Shown here: in pieces, positions 62,172 to 64,000 of the stretch
Position numbering within the stretch: position 1 is the first letter of the stretch
How the letters are laid out: every line of letters begins with the position of its first letter
NCBI GenBank assembly: GCA_963744145.1
Contig: CAVUSO010000001.1
Coordinates: 2,944,001 to 3,008,000, forward strand
Length of the DNA: 64,000 bases
From: an uncultured cyanobacterium
GTDB taxonomy: Bacteria > Cyanobacteriota > Cyanobacteriia > Cyanobacteriales > CAWUOF01
Direction: 5' to 3'
Notes under the pieces: generated by a model
What the model saw: the letters and a program-made list of their open reading frames with translations, nothing else
Told to the model about the DNA's origin: nothing
The model's database searches: none
Translations under genes and position numbers: made by a program

Positions 62172-63521
62172 ATGAATAATAGTCACTGTCAAATTATGGT
62201 AATTGATGATATTCCTGCTAACTTGCACTTACTTACTAATCTTTTAAGAGAAAATGGCTATCTGGTGCGGGCATTTCCTAGTGGAAAGTTAGCTTTAGCC
62301 GCGATTGAAAAAACTTCTCCTAGTTTAATTTTGTTAGATATTTCTATGCCCGAAATGAATGGTTATGAAGTTTGTCAACATCTCAAAGCTAACGAATTTA
62401 CTTGCGATATTCCGGTGATTTTTATCAGCGCTTTGGATGAAGTAATGGATAAGATTAAAGCTTTTAATGTCGGGGGAATAGACTATATCACCAAACCTTT
62501 TCAAGCGGAAGAAATTTTAGCGCGTATTTCTACTCATTTAGAACTAAGTCGCTTGCAAAAAATGCTAAAACAAGAAAATTATCTGCAATCTCAACAGCTA
62601 GCAGAACAAAATCAACAACTCCAATGGATCAATCAGGAATTAGAGCAAGCTAATCAAGAACTCAAACAACAATACTCTCAACTTCAGCAAGCCCAATTGC
62701 AAATTGTGCAAAGTGAAAAAATGTCAGCATTGGGGAATTTAGTTGCTGGTGTTGCCCATGAAATTAACAATCCACTGGGCTGTATTGTTGGCAATATTGA
62801 TGCTGTTCAAAATTATACTATTGATCTATTTGATCTGATCAATCTCTATCGCGAAGAATTCCCCCAACCTAGTCCAAAAATTGAAAATAAATTGGCAGCA
62901 ATTGACCTGGAATATGTCAGTGAAGATTTGCCCAAGCTGATTAAAGCCATGAAAAATGCGGGCGATCGCATTACTTTGATTAGCAATAGTCTTCGCATTT
63001 TTTCCCGTGCTGATCGAGAATGGAAGCAGGAATTTAACCTCCATGAAGGACTCGATAGTACAATTTTAATTTTGCATCATCGTCTCAAAGCAAATGAATA
63101 TCGTCCAGAAATTAAAATTATTACTAATTATGGTAATATTCCTAACCTAAACTGTTTTCCTGGTCAACTTAATCAGGTGTTTATCAATATGATCGCCAAC
63201 GCGATCGATGCTCTAGAAGAATCTAATCAAGGACGTAGCTATCAAGATCTACAAAAAGATCCTAATTATATCACCATTAGCACATCTTGTCACCATCAAT
63301 ATATCCAGATTAGCATTGCTGATAATGGTATTGGTATGACAGAAGCAGTCAAACAACGGATTTTTGAGCATTTATTTACTACGAAAGGTGTGGGTAAAGG
63401 TACGGGATTAGGACTAGCGATCGCCTGGCAAATCGTAGTAGATAAACATGGGGGGAAAATTACCGTCAATTCCACTCCTGGAACAGGAACTGAATTCTTG
63501 TTGGAATTACCAATAGAATGA
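62172..63521 (+). CDS. Receiver - histidine kinase hybrid
   Basis: VIDD, LLDISMP, DYITKPF receiver; AHEINNP; GTGLGL; ATG at 62172. Confidence 0.92.
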   Translation: MNNSHCQIMVIDDIPANLHLLTNLLRENGYLVRAFPSGKLALAAIEKTSPSLILLDISMPEMNGYEVCQHLKANEFTCDIPVIFISALDEVMDKIKAFNVGGIDYITKPFQAEEILARISTHLELSRLQKMLKQENYLQSQQLAEQNQQLQWINQELEQANQELKQQYSQLQQAQLQIVQSEKMSALGNLVAGVAHEINNPLGCIVGNIDAVQNYTIDLFDLINLYREEFPQPSPKIENKLAAIDLEYVSEDLPKLIKAMKNAGDRITLISNSLRIFSRADREWKQEFNLHEGLDSTILILHHRLKANEYRPEIKIITNYGNIPNLNCFPGQLNQVFINMIANAIDALEESNQGRSYQDLQKDPNYITISTSCHHQYIQISIADNGIGMTEAVKQRIFEHLFTTKGVGKGTGLGLAIAWQIVVDKHGGKITVNSTPGTGTEFLLELPIE

Positions 63522-63576
63522 AATAGCCCAATTATCGGTATAATGAGTCAATCAAATTCAAGATGGGTCCATTAAT

Positions 63577-64000
63577 ATGAATATCCCACTAATTCAACAA
63601 GCTACAGCAAACGAAGATAAAATTGCTATTGTCACTCCAGAAAAAGCTTATATATATAGGGATTTACTTGAAAATTCTGGTTCAATTGCTACCACTCTGT
63701 TAGGTGAGTTACAGGATTTACAAGAACAGCGAGTCGCTTTTCTCATCCCTCCAGGGTTTGAGTATGTAGTTACTCAATGGGGGATTTGGCGCTCTGGTGC
63801 GATCGCAGTACCTTTGTGTGTTTCCCATCCCCGACCGGAATTAGAGTATGTGATTACCGACTCCGATGTGTCTATCATCATTGCTCATCCTAATTTCGAG
63901 ACTTTATTACGTCCCATTGCCCAATCCCGAGGTTTACGATTTCTGCTCACTTCCGAAACACGCGCTCCATCAATTAGTTCACTTCCAGAAATATCTCTCT
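63577..64000 (+). CDS. Acyl-CoA synthetase (malonyl-CoA synthetase/ACSF3-like), N-terminal part; runs off window
   Basis: MNIPLIQQA...RVAFLIPPGFEYVVTQWGIWRSGAIAVPLCVSHPRPELEYVITDS; open to the window end. Confidence 0.8.
   Translation, partial: MNIPLIQQATANEDKIAIVTPEKAYIYRDLLENSGSIATTLLGELQDLQEQRVAFLIPPGFEYVVTQWGIWRSGAIAVPLCVSHPRPELEYVITDSDVSIIIAHPNFETLLRPIAQSRGLRFLLTSETRAPSISSLPEISL

Larger units (their letters stand above)
1..64000. repeat. Dispersed HIP1 octamers GCGATCGC
   Basis: Many copies across the window (e.g. 35709, 37758, 38388, 39102, 39822); hallmark of many cyanobacteria. Confidence 0.95.

Noticed and set aside
1315..63044. Numerous 60-125 aa ORFs nested in or antisense to long genes
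   Set aside because: Shadow ORFs of well-supported CDSs without motifs or ribosome-binding sites

Overview
This AT-rich cyanobacterial chromosomal window is recognisable from dense HIP1 GCGATCGC octamers and psbD. The left half is mostly core or common genes: potA/D/B/C (potA carries a +1 frameshift), mrdA, dnaG, a serpin, Maf, a CDF transporter, an FHA/TpsA-like + TPR-CHAT pair, PAS-GGDEF-EAL, PrxQ, hpf/lrtA, lipB, Rrf2, an SLH porin, GAF-HD-GYP, pterin dehydratase, a probable structured sRNA with a 23-codon ORF, stand-alone psbD, an ECF ATPase, a NYN/YacP gene and tRNA-Asn. The right half is accessory. (i) Directly after tRNA-Asn is a HIP1-free, translationally coupled four-gene cassette: a Pch2/TRIP13-like AAA+ ATPase, two tiny ORFs that may be the two halves of an Mrr-like nuclease fold (one hidden by a 1-bp frameshift), and a 122-aa unknown. 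This is the best candidate for an undescribed, possibly defence-related system. (ii) Duplicated Uma2 and coiled-coil genes follow. (iii) A five-gene type III PKS cluster (cytb5-desaturase, flavin monooxygenase, Tat-signal intradiol dioxygenase, MFS exporter) lies between 295-bp direct repeats inside an array of Ser/Thr-kinase/AAA/GAF/His-kinase genes; the array shows domain shuffling, a decayed paralog and two small mobile elements. All family assignments come from motif reading only; no database searches were run.
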